The notes: generated by a model not told the origin, from the sequence alone. Counted from the stretch's first letter, positions 41,401 to 55,082 are shown. The stretch: 64,000 bases of DNA from Trichoplax adhaerens (GCF_000150275.1 NW_002060953.1:228286-292285), one strand, 5' to 3'. Numbers and translations: made by a program.

Positions 41401-44400
41401 AATTGATTAAATGTACGCCTCATACTTTCTTATAATTTGCTAAAATTTTTCTCTATGGTTGATTACTTTGGTAATTACTCAATCCGCTATCATATTTCTT
41501 TCTAAAAGCCTTTCACCGATTATCGACAGAATTATTTAACAGTTAGTACCAAATTTATCATTTATCTTCATTTGTCAAGCTTCTACTAATTTTGAAAAAG
41601 GTATTAACGAATTGAAAAATTATCCGGAAAAGTTAAAACACTGCCTTATAACAATACAGTTAAGGGTATCGACTCATACAAAAACATACTATATCTCTCA
41701 TTTCCTTATTTCGGTTACTAATTTCAAGAGTTACGGTATTTATCGCCGGATAAATACTAATCTAGAAATCCATATCATCTTAATCTAGACACTAAGTCAA
41801 AATACGGGTGCTGTTCAAATAATTTTCTTTTACTCCATAAATTATTTCATTCAATCTTCATCTATCTACGCTAAAACAACTATTTCGACCACATCGGCCA
41901 TTATCACCATTAGATTGCTAAGCGGCAGATTTAATCGAATTCAAAGATGAAGAACCAGGGTAGGAATTATTTAATCGCAGCTATATAAAATTGTTATTGT
42001 CCGTTATTAAACGTTAGATTAATAATTAAGAACGTTTAATATGTTTATCACTACATCCACAAAAGTGTATTTTAATAATTCTTCATCAAGGCTCCCCTTA
42101 TCATCGCCATCATAATCTTTGTAATTATTTATTCATTTACAGGTTAAGTTTCAATCTATAGGTGTATTATAAACTAACCCCAATTAACGTAACAATAAAC
42201 AAACTTAGGCCAATTCATGCTAAGTACACGAACAAACCTTATGTTTATCGGTAGTATTTTTAATTAGATATCCTGCAAGTTAAACACGTCTGCCTCCTTA
42301 TAACATCGGTAATAAATGAAATAAGAATGATCCTCTTGATTAATGTCTTACACATGACAGATAGGCACAGTTAGTTATAAAGCTGTGAAATCAAGCAATC
42401 CCCGAAAAAATTTTTAAAATGACATATACTAGCAAATGCACCGATCCATCAAGGAATATTGCTGTATATTTGTATGATCATCCTCATAAATGTTACAACT
42501 AATATCAGTAAAATATTCATTATACTAGAAATATTTAGCAATACCAAATAACAGGAATTTTCTACTTTATGTTATAGTTCGAACTATGAAAGAGCTATGA
42601 TGGCATATTACTTGCATATCAATAACTACTGTATTATTTCCATCTACTATCTTTCTGACAACTAATAATTCGCACAGTCTAACCTATTTAAATTACAGTA
42701 TTATAGAGAATTTTTCGTATATATTTTAAATTAATTTTATACGTAGCATAAATTAAAATATCTAACTTACGCCTCAAGCACGTAAAATCAGTCAATTTCT
42801 GTCTAGCAAATAGATTAAGAATATACGTAAGTTAGTAATTTCAGCGACGATGGAAAGCCTAGAATTCCTTCTAGTATTAGACATATGGTAGTCATCTTTA
42901 ATTATAATTCTAAATCCATCTTCATTCTCAAATACATATGAAAGAAATTTACATCATGTATTTTAACATACTCCAACGTCCAACCATTAGCGTTACTAAT
43001 AAACAATTTCTTATCCTGTCAATAGTAGGTATACTGTAAGCGTAAATATTAAATAAGTTGCTTTCATAAAATTACACTTTAAAAAATTCGCTTTACCCTT
43101 TAGATTAGTTACATTTTTGAACCTACAGTTAGACAATATGGTAGGTTTCTTATATATTAAACAATCCCGTAACTGGTTTTTATCCTGCACTAAAACTACT
43201 CCACATGCCTGCCGTTAAAAATGAAATACGTACGTCCGATCATATTTCGGTACAGACAAAAAATTTTAATTCAGTTTAATAGACATGATATTTTCTATAT
43301 TTATTATAGCCAATAATTATTTGGTAAACATACACGGAAGCCATATGGGGGAAAATGTAATAAATTTTCTTACATTAATAGAATATTGCATGTAAATAGT
43401 TATTTCTAAATTTCAGATACACGTATGATTGTGTATACTTTATACACTGAAGCTGGACACTCAGTAGATCGATTGTTCAAACTTATAGTTGTTATGAAAG
43501 GAAGTTATAATATTCACAAGAAATTAAGGATTCAATAAATATATATGATGTATGATAGCAAGTTCAATGTGGCGCTAATACCTTTAAAGAATCTTAGCCA
43601 TTTAGTTCCCCATTCATCATTATAACTGCTCACAAACAGAAAAACCAATCACACTTCAACATTAATTTTATAACAGTCATCGAGCCTTAGTGCCTACAAA
43701 TTCTATCAATTTTGATCATAATTTTATTGATATAGAAAACATTTACTTCACTTCAATTAAGACGCTAAATATATGTGCTTAACCGATAGAGAACAATATT
43801 ACACATGTGAGTATCAATAGTAAGCGATAAAATAACAAACAAAAATACCGAAAAGTCATTCTCTCATACTATAAAAGAATTATCTTGATATTGTAAAAAT
43901 ATCAAACGCAACTACTTTTGAGTCTAAAGGTAATCATTTTTAATCAAAGGTGATAACACGCAAGTTATTTAAATTACACACTTCGAGATTTTATTAGCAT
44001 AGGACGGAATAGATTTTCCATCGCCTAATTTTTTATAGTATCCTAGAATGTTATTTATTTTTTCAATTCATTACTTCAATATTATAATAATCTGCATAAG
44101 TAATAGTGATGGAAGCAATATTGTAAGAATATCCTGTTATTTTATTCCCATATGAAAGATAATTGCTAATTCTTGTACTGAACAATACATTATTTGCATG
44201 GTATCTTTCAGTAATTATTAGTCAATGTAAAAACAGTTTATGTATGATGCTTAGTCTTATTAGAATGCTAGCTTCGCACATTTAATTCGTTAATCGATTC
44301 TTAAAATATAAAACATATTACAGCTTTTTTAGGCGAACATTGGAGTTATTATATCATGTTCATATATCTTTTACCCTAATTCTATAATGCCGGCATGTTT

Positions 44401-44700
44401 CCGTATTTGTTACTGCAAATTAATGATTTTATTTTATCCTTAAATCAAAGTTTTAACAAATGATTCAATGATCGGTAAACATATTGATGAATGATGGCGA
44501 TATAAGGGGTAAAATTTCAGCCGTGAAGAAAGTAAAAAATAACAATAATTGATTAATAATTGCCCATTGATCTAAACTATAAACATGACAGAACCGAATT
44601 CTGTTTATCAAAAAAATAACAATTGATTTAGACAATTTTATTTTTCCAAATCTATTGTAATGATGTCCATTCGGTGGCTGATATTGCGCTTTTAAACAAG

Positions 44701-45147
44701 GCGGTTGCCAATGTTATAGCAATACAACATGGAAAGATTCTATTTTACTTACGCCACCATCATCATGGACGGTCTCATTGCCACAATATCCCACGGTACA
44801 GCATGTTGATGCATTCAATCGACATTGTCATGCAGCCACTATACCGGCAACAACATCAATGTCATCGCCATCAACGTTGCTTCATACTATTTCTTCAACT
44901 CATGACAAAACAACGAATAATTATATCCATCGGGGTCAACTGTTTGACCCAACTATACCTAATACTTCAGTAGACCCTTATAAAACCACCAGCAATTACA
45001 ATAATCATACAGCGGCAACTCCTCTTGTCTATTGCTTCTATTCTCCTACAACTGGTTATCCTTATGAAACAGCAACATCAGTACCCAATGCAGCCACTGC
45101 TTTAACTTCTACCCTACCGAATGATTATAAACAATTTTCGGCTGAAG
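44701..45147 (+). CDS. Ser/Thr/Pro/His-rich coding exon of the ETS gene (internal from acceptor 44700, or first exon from ATG 44859)
   Basis: Frame open 44682-45152. Phase-1 donor GAAG|GTTAGT at 45147. AAG acceptor at 44700 gives a 447-nt symmetric phase-1 exon. In-frame ATG at 44859. Composition typical of transcription-factor low-complexity regions. 5' boundary uncertain. Confidence 0.75.
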
Positions 45148-48100
45148 GTTAGTATTTTATGTTGATTGACCTCAATAAGTACTCCACTTGTTCATGTCGC
45201 TGATAATAATTGTTATCATCATCTTTATTATTATCATCAGTAGCAGCATTATTATCAACATTGGGTTTTATGATATAAAAACCTTCGAGATCTAAATACT
45301 ATTTCTGACATAGCAGTCATCTGGGTACTTCTAAGACGAGTTTTGTTTATCTTTATAGCTATTATTACAAACTTAGGTTAAAATCGAATTATTATAATAT
45401 GAGTAAACATTACGATCACAATCCGATACATTCATCTACTCATATCAACATACTTATAGAACGAGATCGATACCCTATTATTCAAGTAAAATACACCCGC
45501 AACTGAAACATTCAGGTATCAATTGATTAACTTCTACACAGAAAATGCTATAAAGTTCTTAAAATTAAAGTAAATTATGGTCTTTATTTTCTCTATTCCA
45601 ATTAAAAGACTAACACGGAGGTATATCACATCTAGCTTAATCTCCACTTGAGGACACAACATTCTAGCTTTCACACACATTCGTACTTTATGTATAATTC
45701 AGTTAGAAAGAATTATTTTATCATTTTGTAGCGTATCCTTCCCAGACACTATTTCATATTTGCAATGTTTACCTATGCAGAAACTGGTAGATCATTATAC
45801 GTAGACAAGCAGTTTTCTTAGATGACTAACAGGAAAATTTCTACACCGTTATCAGGTTCAGTACCTGTGTCGTAGAAACAGTTCCGTTTATTCCAAGCTG
45901 ATTATACCAAAATTCTATTGCAACTACCGTAGTTAATAATCAATACAGATACACAGTTTTCTCCTTTCAAGCTATCCATAATGTATAAAATATAATCTTT
46001 GTAGCTTCACAATCGATATAATTTCCTCTCTTTTAGTCGAATCAGAGCATACTCATAACTCCTTCTACAATATGCATAAACTATCTTCCTCAATCACTAC
46101 TTAATATTTGACTCTTAACGGGAGCATGTAGGAGACCAGTATAAATGATATAATTTATCTTTGGAGTGATAAGTTGCTAACAAGCAACGGTTGTTCAATT
46201 TTTGTGCTCATAAAATCTAAAACTATCGTTACATTTCATTTCATCCTACAGCGTAAAGATTTCGATTTGATTACCATCTATTGACTCATTGTATAAGCTC
46301 TAAGAAAGATTATCAGTAATAATTCTCAAGTAATATAAGAAGAACTAATGGATGATTTTCAACTACGATAGTATTGAAAGTAGTGAATAAAGGTCTTAAC
46401 TTTAATGTTGAGGAGAACAAGCTTTCAGGTCGTAATAGGAATTAAATATGGAAATTTACAAAGTCTATACGTAAGATAGAACGTAGACTAATAAATAGGA
46501 ATCACGCAAGAGAAGTGTATCTAGCCAAAGTCAATCATCACACTAAATGAAACAAAAACTTTTATCTTTCCAAGAAAACTTTCCTTATTAAATTCTATGC
46601 TATACGTAAAACCTTACTTAGGAATCTTTCAGTTTCCTGAATAATAATCAACCAGTCAACTAGAGTATCCATTTAACATCTACAATAAATAGGAGGGATG
46701 TACTTTTAGCGATACTGAAGGGATATTAAAAGTTCTTTCTTATTTACCGTTATGTTCCGGGTAGACCCTAAATAATATTATAGTAGCAAGCTGTAATGTC
46801 ATATAAACTAGGCTATCCTAACAATTAATGCTATGAGAGTAATTAAAAGACTTCTTAATTTCTAAATATTTATTAATAAATTATTAATACAGAACTTTAA
46901 CTATTTCAACTCTCTCCTGTGACTAAGTATCAACTACTAATCGCATATCCTATTTGATATTCTGCAATGAGTAGAATGAAACAATTTTTAGCAGAAAGTC
47001 TGTACTTATTACTTATACGTGGTAGCTATCGAAAGTACACGAATGTAAATCTTTCACTACCTCAAACAATAAATCTCTATGGTTAGGTGACATTATATAC
47101 TTATTTACCGCGATTTTGAAACACTAGTAACCTCGCCAGTCAGTATCTAACTCGGTATGAGCTATCAATTAAATTACACTAACTTAAGTCAGCTATTAAT
47201 CAATGGCAACGCTTAAACTTAACTTTTCAAATGCATCGAGTGATAGCCAATAGTGACGACGAAAAGTCAAAGCATGCAGTTGTGAAGTAAGTCTGCTTTC
47301 ACTGAGCTTAGACTAGGCTTCTATCGAAAGTACCATATTATATGTAGAAGAATTATGCTTCTACTTCCGTTTTGGAATAGTTGCTTTAGTGCTATCTATT
47401 CAATCATCCAACTTTGATATTTCTATTGATGTGTTCTTTCTTAATTTGCAACAAAATATACCTTAGTAGCTAAATTTATCTTGATAAAGCGGTTAAAGTT
47501 CTGAGCTTGGAAACTGTCAGAGCAATTCTTGACCAATTTTTCCTTGCAAAACGGTACTTCAGCAATAAGCTAAATGCATCGTTCATTTTTCAAAATTATC
47601 AGTATGGCCATAAAATCATTTTTCATAGCTAACTTCGTCTTTATCGCCTACTGTATCAGCTAATTATAGCAGTTATGGTTAAGAACTCATACACTACGAT
47701 TATATATCATTAGATCTTTAAATCCAATTATAACAGCGGATTCATACTTCTATATATTCACTTCAGTATTGTAAGTTTACTATGCTCAACTTATAGGTTT
47801 GCAATCCTTTATTTTGGTTCCTAGTTCTATATTAATCCTGTCAAGATAACTTTATGTCATAAAAATAGAAATACAGGTTACCTCATATTCGTAATCAATT
47901 TTTTCAATATTTTCTACCGCTATCCAGTCCACTGACTGAATTATGCCTTTCGGTAGTCTAGCGCCATTAAGCGGATGCTAACGAAATTTTGGCGATCGCA
48001 ATATCAAGGCTTCTAATGATCCTTTATTCTCTATTTGTATTAATCGCTTCCCATTACGAGCGACAGAAGTAATGATACAAAGTGACACTATAAATATCTT

Positions 48101-49070
48101 ACAGCCAATTTAAACTCCGTCATCTATTTGATTTAATCTGATATTTGCCTTGCAGAGAAAAGATCAATTCGTTCTCTGATATCTTAGTTTATCATACATT
48201 GATATATTTGTTTTATATCTGGAGAAATAGATAAGACATAGACTTTATCTCCAGTAACTGTGAATGTTTAGTCATGATTTGTCTTCTTTCTTATACCTTT
48301 ATTCACTCGTAGCCTTGCTCTATATGCTATACAAACGTTCCTTTTAAGGTACTTAGCAGAAAATAACAACGACAAAAATGGTTATGAAGAGATTAAAAAG
48401 GGCAGAATCAATTCATCTGCATTACCGTTTCCAGGTCTCATCACTTATCGTTTAGATTACTATAGCTATTCACTATATTAAACTTAAACCAAGGGCTTTT
48501 TATTACTGAATGGATATGTATAGTATAACTTGAGATTAGTTTTATCGATTACCACAAATGTAAAGAAATTGTGTTCTACATATTATTTCAACGCTATAAG
48601 CGTTTTTTCGGGAAATGTCTTAAGTTTTCATAGTCTTGCTTGAAAGCAGTCTCTACACTAACTAGAATTTTACAAAGTGACAACGGTCCCAATCAATTTT
48701 CTTACTCTACAGAAAGTAAAATTGCTGTCATTCCGTATCATATGTTTGCACAGTACTATCTAATTGATTCAAATTCGGTGGAACGACTAATACAAATTGC
48801 TTTAAAGGTGTAGCCAGACTATTTTAGCCTTGTAGATGGATGTTTGATGCCATAGTCTCTTAAAAAAGTCACCATTCAATTAGAATTGAGCGTCAGATTC
48901 AATGCGAAGATTCCGCTAATAAATTGCTGAAATACTACCGTTATACTACTTTTAAATGATTCACTTTCTTTTCCTGCAATAGATTGCGTAATTATGCGTA
49001 TACATATATTTGCGTTTAAATTTTACAAATAAATAATTCAATTGAGGTCATACTTTTATGGGCCCACTGC

Positions 49071-50668
49071 AATGCGGAAGTGATAAGTCAGTTATTATTC
49101 AATATTAGAACATTTATCCTTATACTGCTTTTGTTCCATACTATCCACAATATTGGATACTTGCTGAAAAATAGAATCCTGGTCAATTGAAATAGCTCTA
49201 GCAAATAAAATTAATCAATGATTCAATACTTACTATTCACCCAAAATCTGTATCAACTGGCTTTCTTATAATATTTCCACTACCTGTATCTGACTTGATA
49301 GTATTAAAGTAGCTATACTGAATCTTAGTTTCCTATGATAACTTTTAAATTACCGGTATCTAGCTCTAAAGTCATATCAAATAGCCATATTGGCTGGATT
49401 CCCTAGGATTGCATTTAAATTATCAGTATCGAACTCAATGGTACTTAAATTTGACGATATTGGCCGACGCTATTTATTCAATTAGCAGGCGTAACAGAAA
49501 CGCAATGTTCTAATAGTTTGCTCTCATTATCGAATATTGATAATACGCCATAAAATTTCAAATGTGGGCTAGACCATTCTTGCTTTTACTTCTTCTGATA
49601 CAGCAACATTGGAATATAAATCAGATAATCACCCAACAAGGAACAAGGTAATCATCGAACGTACTTCCTGTTCCACCTACAGAACGACTAATGATATCCA
49701 TAATGTAGAAAAAGCGACTGAACTGCTACAACATTAGCTTCCAGTTTTGTCTTTCCATTACCGATGATCGGTTATCTTTGTGGTCATTTCCGAAGAAATA
49801 ATTTATTCTTGTGCTAATAATACAACAAGGCTAAAAAATAATAATAACCGAAACTATACTATTTTATCGCACAATTTATACTGATATCTTCACTTTATAT
49901 TACACTATGGGTTAACTACTCCGACGCTAAACTCTAATAATTTAGCAGCACTCAAATCCGGAAGTATGTCTTTGACTAGTTGGAAAGGTACGATATAAAT
50001 GAGCATTGTCAATGATATCGTTCAGTTAACATTGAACATTTTGAGCTAATGGATCAGATTGCCAGTTCACTTTATTTATCGTGATCGAAATGAATATAAA
50101 CCACTAATAATTACTTTCCTCAAGCATTCTTCCCTCAAGAAATTATCACAAAAACTCTTTCCCTTTATTGTTTTTTGTTGCCATATGCAGTGAAAAAAAA
50201 TTCAATTTGCATCATTTCTGACAATTACTCTTTTACCGTAAAAGTCTGATAATTATAATCGTAATTGATCACTTGGACTAGAAATATACGTAACTTTATT
50301 TACCTTTTGGCTTATTAAAGAATAATAATTTTTCTGATGACAGGGTAAAAATTAAAGTTTTACTTAGCTCTACTTCCCGAATTAACCAACTACCGTTGTC
50401 ATTCAATGGAGTTCCTATTACCACTGCAAATGCCTACTCTAACTATAAGCATTTTTTAAATTTTCCAATTGTTTGATCCGATTCATTTACTATAAGTCTT
50501 AAAACACAATAGATTAATAAACAGGAAATAAAATTCTATGTTTACTTCACTAGGATTTATCAATAGCTTATTCTTTTCTTTTGTCCCTGTGATTAAGAAT
50601 ACAAAGTTGTAGAGAAAATATACTTCCGCAATTGGATACTATTTAAAGTGCAGCCTACAGCGGGAAGT
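49071..50668. promoter_or_regulatory. Cluster of ETS-type GGAAGT sites upstream of the proximal first exon
   Basis: AATGCGGAAGT 49071(+), ACAGGAAGTA ~49662(-), ATCCGGAAGTA ~49956(+), CGGGAAGTA 50371(-), TGCGGAAGTA 50621(-), GCGGGAAGT ~50660(+). Confidence 0.5.
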
Positions 50669-50882
50669 GTTCATATAGAATAATACGGTAGTTGAGATTA
50701 CCTTTTCCATGAGCTATAATTCTACTCAAAAATTCAAATAGAACTGTATCGCAGTATACTATAATCGTTTAAATTGCACTAAAAAATTACAACTTAAGAC
50801 TGTCAATTAATTGACGAGAGTAGAATATCAATTTTATTAGCTTCCATTTATTATCCACTTCTCTCTATTGCTATTCAACACC

Positions 50883-50976
50883 ATGGCAGTCCTTGAAACT
50901 TGTCCTTCAACGGTCTATAATACTAACTCTAACTTATTTTTTATGCCAACATGTCCTAAACCAATCGTTTTAATGG
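50883..50976 (+). CDS. Proximal alternative first coding exon of the ETS gene (MAVLETCPST...PIVLM-G)
   Basis: Kozak context CACCATGG. 31 codons + 1 nt, then donor ATGG|GTATGT. 188-nt intron to acceptor 51164. The spliced product is an uninterrupted 201-aa ETS protein. Confidence 0.7.
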
Positions 50977-51164
50977 GTATGTTAAGCCCAACAACTTTGA
51001 CACTTTTGATTCAATATGGGATAATTCTAAACAGTGATTCAATCGGTTGAATGGATTGATAGTCCAACATTGAGATATGATTTTATTTTAATACACAATA
51101 CAAATAGCTTCAAAGTTGAATTAGTTATTTCTCATTTGTTTAATCATTTCTCTTGATCTCTTAG

Positions 51165-51215
51165 GTAATCCATACTGGCAGGGATATCCGGATGGTCCTT
51201 CGCCATTGCTTCGAG
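51165..51215 (+). CDS. ETS gene common exon (GNPYWQGYPDGPSPLLR)
   Basis: Pyrimidine tract + TTAG| acceptor, GAG|GTAAAT donor. 51 nt, phase 1-1, no stop. Confidence 0.8.
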
Positions 51216-54004
51216 GTAAATAGAAAATAATTACAAAATCGTGCTATCTATCGTGCTCGTCTTTCATCTTTAGTACCAACAAGATTAATTATAAATATGC
51301 CCACAATGTTATTTTTTGCAAATAACTTTCTAAACTTAGTATTGGGAGAGAATATATCGATACTTGTCACTAAGGTACTTCATTTAAAAAGTGTTACTGG
51401 TTTATAGCACATTAGCAAATAAAGTAAAGAAGAACAAATGGTAAAATCGCATGTGACTGCAGTCCTCTAGTGCGATAGTCGTTGTTACATTGTCAGTAAT
51501 CCTTCATTCTAATCGTTGATCTAAGTCAGAATTGATAAAATATGACCCAAAATATCAGATTATCCATCATAGTACTACCATTGTCGCAGCAGGGCCCATC
51601 TCCATGATGGCCACTAGAAGTAACTACAACCAATGCTACAACAAAAGAAAGAAACCTATCTATGGCTACAAATTTATAAATAGCAATGGCTTACTAATCC
51701 ACTTTATTCCTGTTCTAATCCAAGCAAATATAACTACTCCATTTTCTTTGTGTTGTTAATTTAGATTTTAATATCAGATCTAGTTTACCGTCCTTTGCAT
51801 TGGACTTCTCATCATTTTTATTCAGTCTTTTTTATCTTATTTTTCTTTTACTTTCTAATTCCCGCCGTTTTGATCATTACTATAGCTATTTCAGAACTAA
51901 AAAATTACTAATTATCCATGCATATTTTGCATTTAAAATCAGTACAATGAAACAATAGTTGCTATGCTTATGCGTTCTAACAGTAGACGTACAATATGTG
52001 AAGGACTATAACTTAGACTGATTTGAATTAGCAATTTTCAGCTAAGATCACCATTTGATCGACATAACTCACTTTTTATCAGTGACAGTTATCTTAAATG
52101 CTTTTAAAATCACATACCAAATTATGAAAGTGAATGTTCTATTCATCATATAAAATTATGAAATCTACTATGCGTATAATGGAAAATTACCGAGGTTTTA
52201 GTCCTTAATTCAGCGAACTCAGTCTAATAAGGGATATTCTATCCGTCTGTTCTATCTAGTTGAAGGCGTTGAATATTAAAACAGTTCAAGCTTCCCTTGA
52301 AATAGGGGCTATTAATAGTATACTACACTTTCACAGGCAGCAATAAAACTTAATTTACAATTATAAATTCTTCTGTCTGGAATTATATCAAGGTTTCCTC
52401 GAAACTAACTTAGACTGGAAGTACAGAATAGGGCTTTAACAAGTTATTATTGTTCCCATTGATTTTAATTTACATCACTATAGGACTTTAATTAAATTTT
52501 CATAACTTATAAATCAATGTAGCAACATTCCATATTGATTTTTGTTGACTTATGAAAGGCAACGTGTTTTCAATACTATCCATTTGTTATCCAATTAGTA
52601 AATTGTCCTTCGTGTCTGAAAAGGTTACTTAAAAGAAAGGAATGTATAGGAATGATGTCCAACTTGAATTCAGTTGTACATGAACGTCGAATAATATATC
52701 TCCATAGAGCACCTGTGTTGTAGGCTGTGCAGAATTAAAATCACAGTGAAACATTATATTCTGATCCCGACATATTTGTAAATAAGTTTTTTAATACAAT
52801 AGCAATAGCTGTTATTATTGCACAAAGCTTCCCTCATAATAATGAAAGGTAGCTTGATGATTTAGAAATAGTAGCTACTGAAAGTCTAGTAAATCTTGTC
52901 CAACTCGAAGCTACCATAAACGCCAAATGTATTTCTACAATCTATTACGGCAGTCTACTCTGATATAATAATAGCGTTAAACTGTCCATTATTTCTATGA
53001 CATTATCATAACCTTTAATTTAAACTCTGCTTTGCTTATTAAATGCATCGAAGCATAAAAAAATAGCTTATAATGCATTCCTTATTATTTGAACATACAA
53101 ATAATAATCTATCAATTTCCTATAGTTAGACAAACAATAAAACCTGATAAACATTAGGTCGTTAAATATTGGGGCGGTTAACGAGAATATTATTACTATA
53201 CATAGCAATGTTATTTAGTCATAGCTTAATTGAAATTATTTTCGATCTTATTAGTCAAGCTATTGTAAAGTCAATACTTTTTATGGCATTTTGCCTCTCA
53301 AGTTACTGAGGTCATCTAGCTTTACCTGTTTATCTTATACGTTGAAAGTAAATCATTTTTTTAAGTATTTTATTTAAAGATAATTAAATAGAAATTACAC
53401 TTTATATCGATAGATCTTGTTATATATTAATAATTTAAATCCTAATTTGATGTTTAATCTTTTACACGATTGATCGTACACTTAATAACCTCTAAATTTA
53501 TCGATGGTAATCCCCATTGATAACTTATCCGTATTTCTGCCTTGGGTTAGGGCTTTTCCATCTTAAGCAATGCTAATTCAAGTAGCAATTTGTGTATATT
53601 ATACATGCTTCATCCTTAATCAGTTAAATTCGGGGTTACTCACGATAATGTTATTTGCCTCAGCAAAGCTACCGTATAAAATAAGTCTTAGATCTACAGC
53701 ATATGGCCTATAAATATAAGGAAGGTAGATTCATTGATTGACATTGAATATTAAATCACTGCAAATAATGTAGGATTTTCTTATAAATCTTGTCTCGTGA
53801 CATTCAGTTATTACCGCAAAGCGGATAATTCATTATGCTTACTGAATAGCGTTATAATACGCCACTTAATAATATTTATAACCTCGATTCATAAATATAC
53901 TTGCTTATTTTTATGTTATCGATTCTGTGTAAAATTAAACTAACTAAATCTACAAGAATGATATCAATTAGCTTCAATCACTGATTGTATTATTATTCTT
54001 ATAG

Positions 54005-54109
54005 TTAAAATGGAAGGATGTCATCTTCCTCCAACTACTCCTTATTCGCACCCAAGTCGCCCTAATGTCAATTATCATGCAATGCCCAGCGACCATAGCA
54101 TAAACAAAG
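54005..54109 (+). CDS. ETS gene exon (VKMEGCHLPPTTPYSHPSRPNVNYHAMPSDHSINK)
   Basis: CTTATAG| acceptor. 105 nt, phase 1-1 if the AAG|GCAACT GC donor is used. Pro/His/Ser-rich. Confidence 0.7.
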
Positions 54110-54258
54110 GCAACTATAATAAATTAGCAAAATTTTATGAATAACTATTTAACCTGTTATATATAGTGCAATAGAGTAGGATAAGATATTGATTAGCTTA
54201 TCCCTCCAATTTACTGATAAAATATTAATCGACAATTTGTTTTAATCCTTCAAATCAG

Positions 54259-54315
54259 CAAATCCTTATTTAGTATCGCCAAGAATATTTAAGAATGGAA
54301 AATTTTTACCACCAG
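54259..54315 (+). CDS. ETS gene exon (ANPYLVSPRIFKNGKFLPP)
   Basis: ATCAG| acceptor, CCAG|GTAAGA donor. 57 nt, phase 1-1, no stop. Confidence 0.8.
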
Positions 54316-54570
54316 GTAAGATAAGATGGTCATGATATCGTTGAGAATTGAAATACGGATGGTTATTATAATAGTTATCAATCCCATAGTTGAAAGTAAT
54401 CGAAGGTTAAACATAGCTTGTAAATAATATAGACTCAACCTTTGCATAACTACAAGGTGCATAGAAATGGGATCTTTACTGTTATATTCATAGAATGTGC
54501 ATCTAGCTAATAGAAGAATCCAAAGGTGCAATGCCTAATAATCAATTATTTTATGTGTATTAAATCATAG

Positions 54571-54869
54571 TGACCAAAAACTGCTCCTATCTATGGCAAT
54601 TCCTGATAACTTTATTGGAAGATTCTCGTTACAAAGACATTATTTCATGGATTGATAAAAAGGAACGCATTTTTAAATTGCGCAATCCAACCGCCATTGC
54701 ACACCTATGGGGATATCACAAAAATAATGATACCATGAATTATGAAAAATTAAGCCGTGGTCTACGCTATTACTATACGAAAGGCATTTTAGCTAAAGTA
54801 CCACGACAACGGCTATGTTATCAATTTTTGGATGACACCGACAAAATTGCCAAATCCGAGCTCAAATAA
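54571..54869 (+). CDS. ETS-domain transcription factor, terminal exon (class II, ELF/E74- and TEL/Yan-like)
   Basis: Complete ETS domain: YLWQFL...ISW.DK...FKL...A.LWG.HKN...MNYEKLSRGLRYYY..GIL.KV..QRL.YQF. CATAG| acceptor in phase 1. TAA at 54867-54869. Confidence 0.97.
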
Positions 54870-54981
54870 TTTGAACATTTTACAATCTATGTTTGGTTTG
54901 GTAATCGGATATGGAGTCTATTCATTGATCATCTTTTAATTTTATATTCACTCAAGAATTTACAAGTACTATTTCTGTTCC

Positions 54982-55082
54982 NNNNNNNNNNNNNNNNNNN
55001 NNNNNNNNNNNNNNNNNNNNNNNNNNNNNNNNNNNNNNNNNNNNNNNNNNNNNNNNNNNNNNNNNNNNNNNNNNNNNNNNNN
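54982..55082. other. Assembly gap (run of N) in the presumed ETS 3' UTR
   Basis: Ns in the sequence. Confidence 1.

Noticed and set aside
44674-44973. 99-aa His/Gln-rich ORF overlapping the ETS exon
   Set aside because: Expected shifted-frame shadow of TCA/CCA/ACA-rich codons. GTG start, and it does not reach the phase-1 donor.
46406-46671. TG...CA segment flanked by TTTAA
   Set aside because: AT-only 5-mer is likely by chance; no similarity to the other LTR families.
47231-47286. ATG-initiated segment ending at GTAAGT
   Set aside because: Donor is phase 2, incompatible with the phase-1 ETS exons.
49570-49740. ~55-codon open frame with AAG|GTAATC donor
   Set aside because: Would be a phase 1-0 exon that breaks the ETS frame; no supporting partner exon.
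54289-54531. 80-aa minus-strand ORF
   Set aside because: Antisense to ETS exon/intron, TTG start, no domain.
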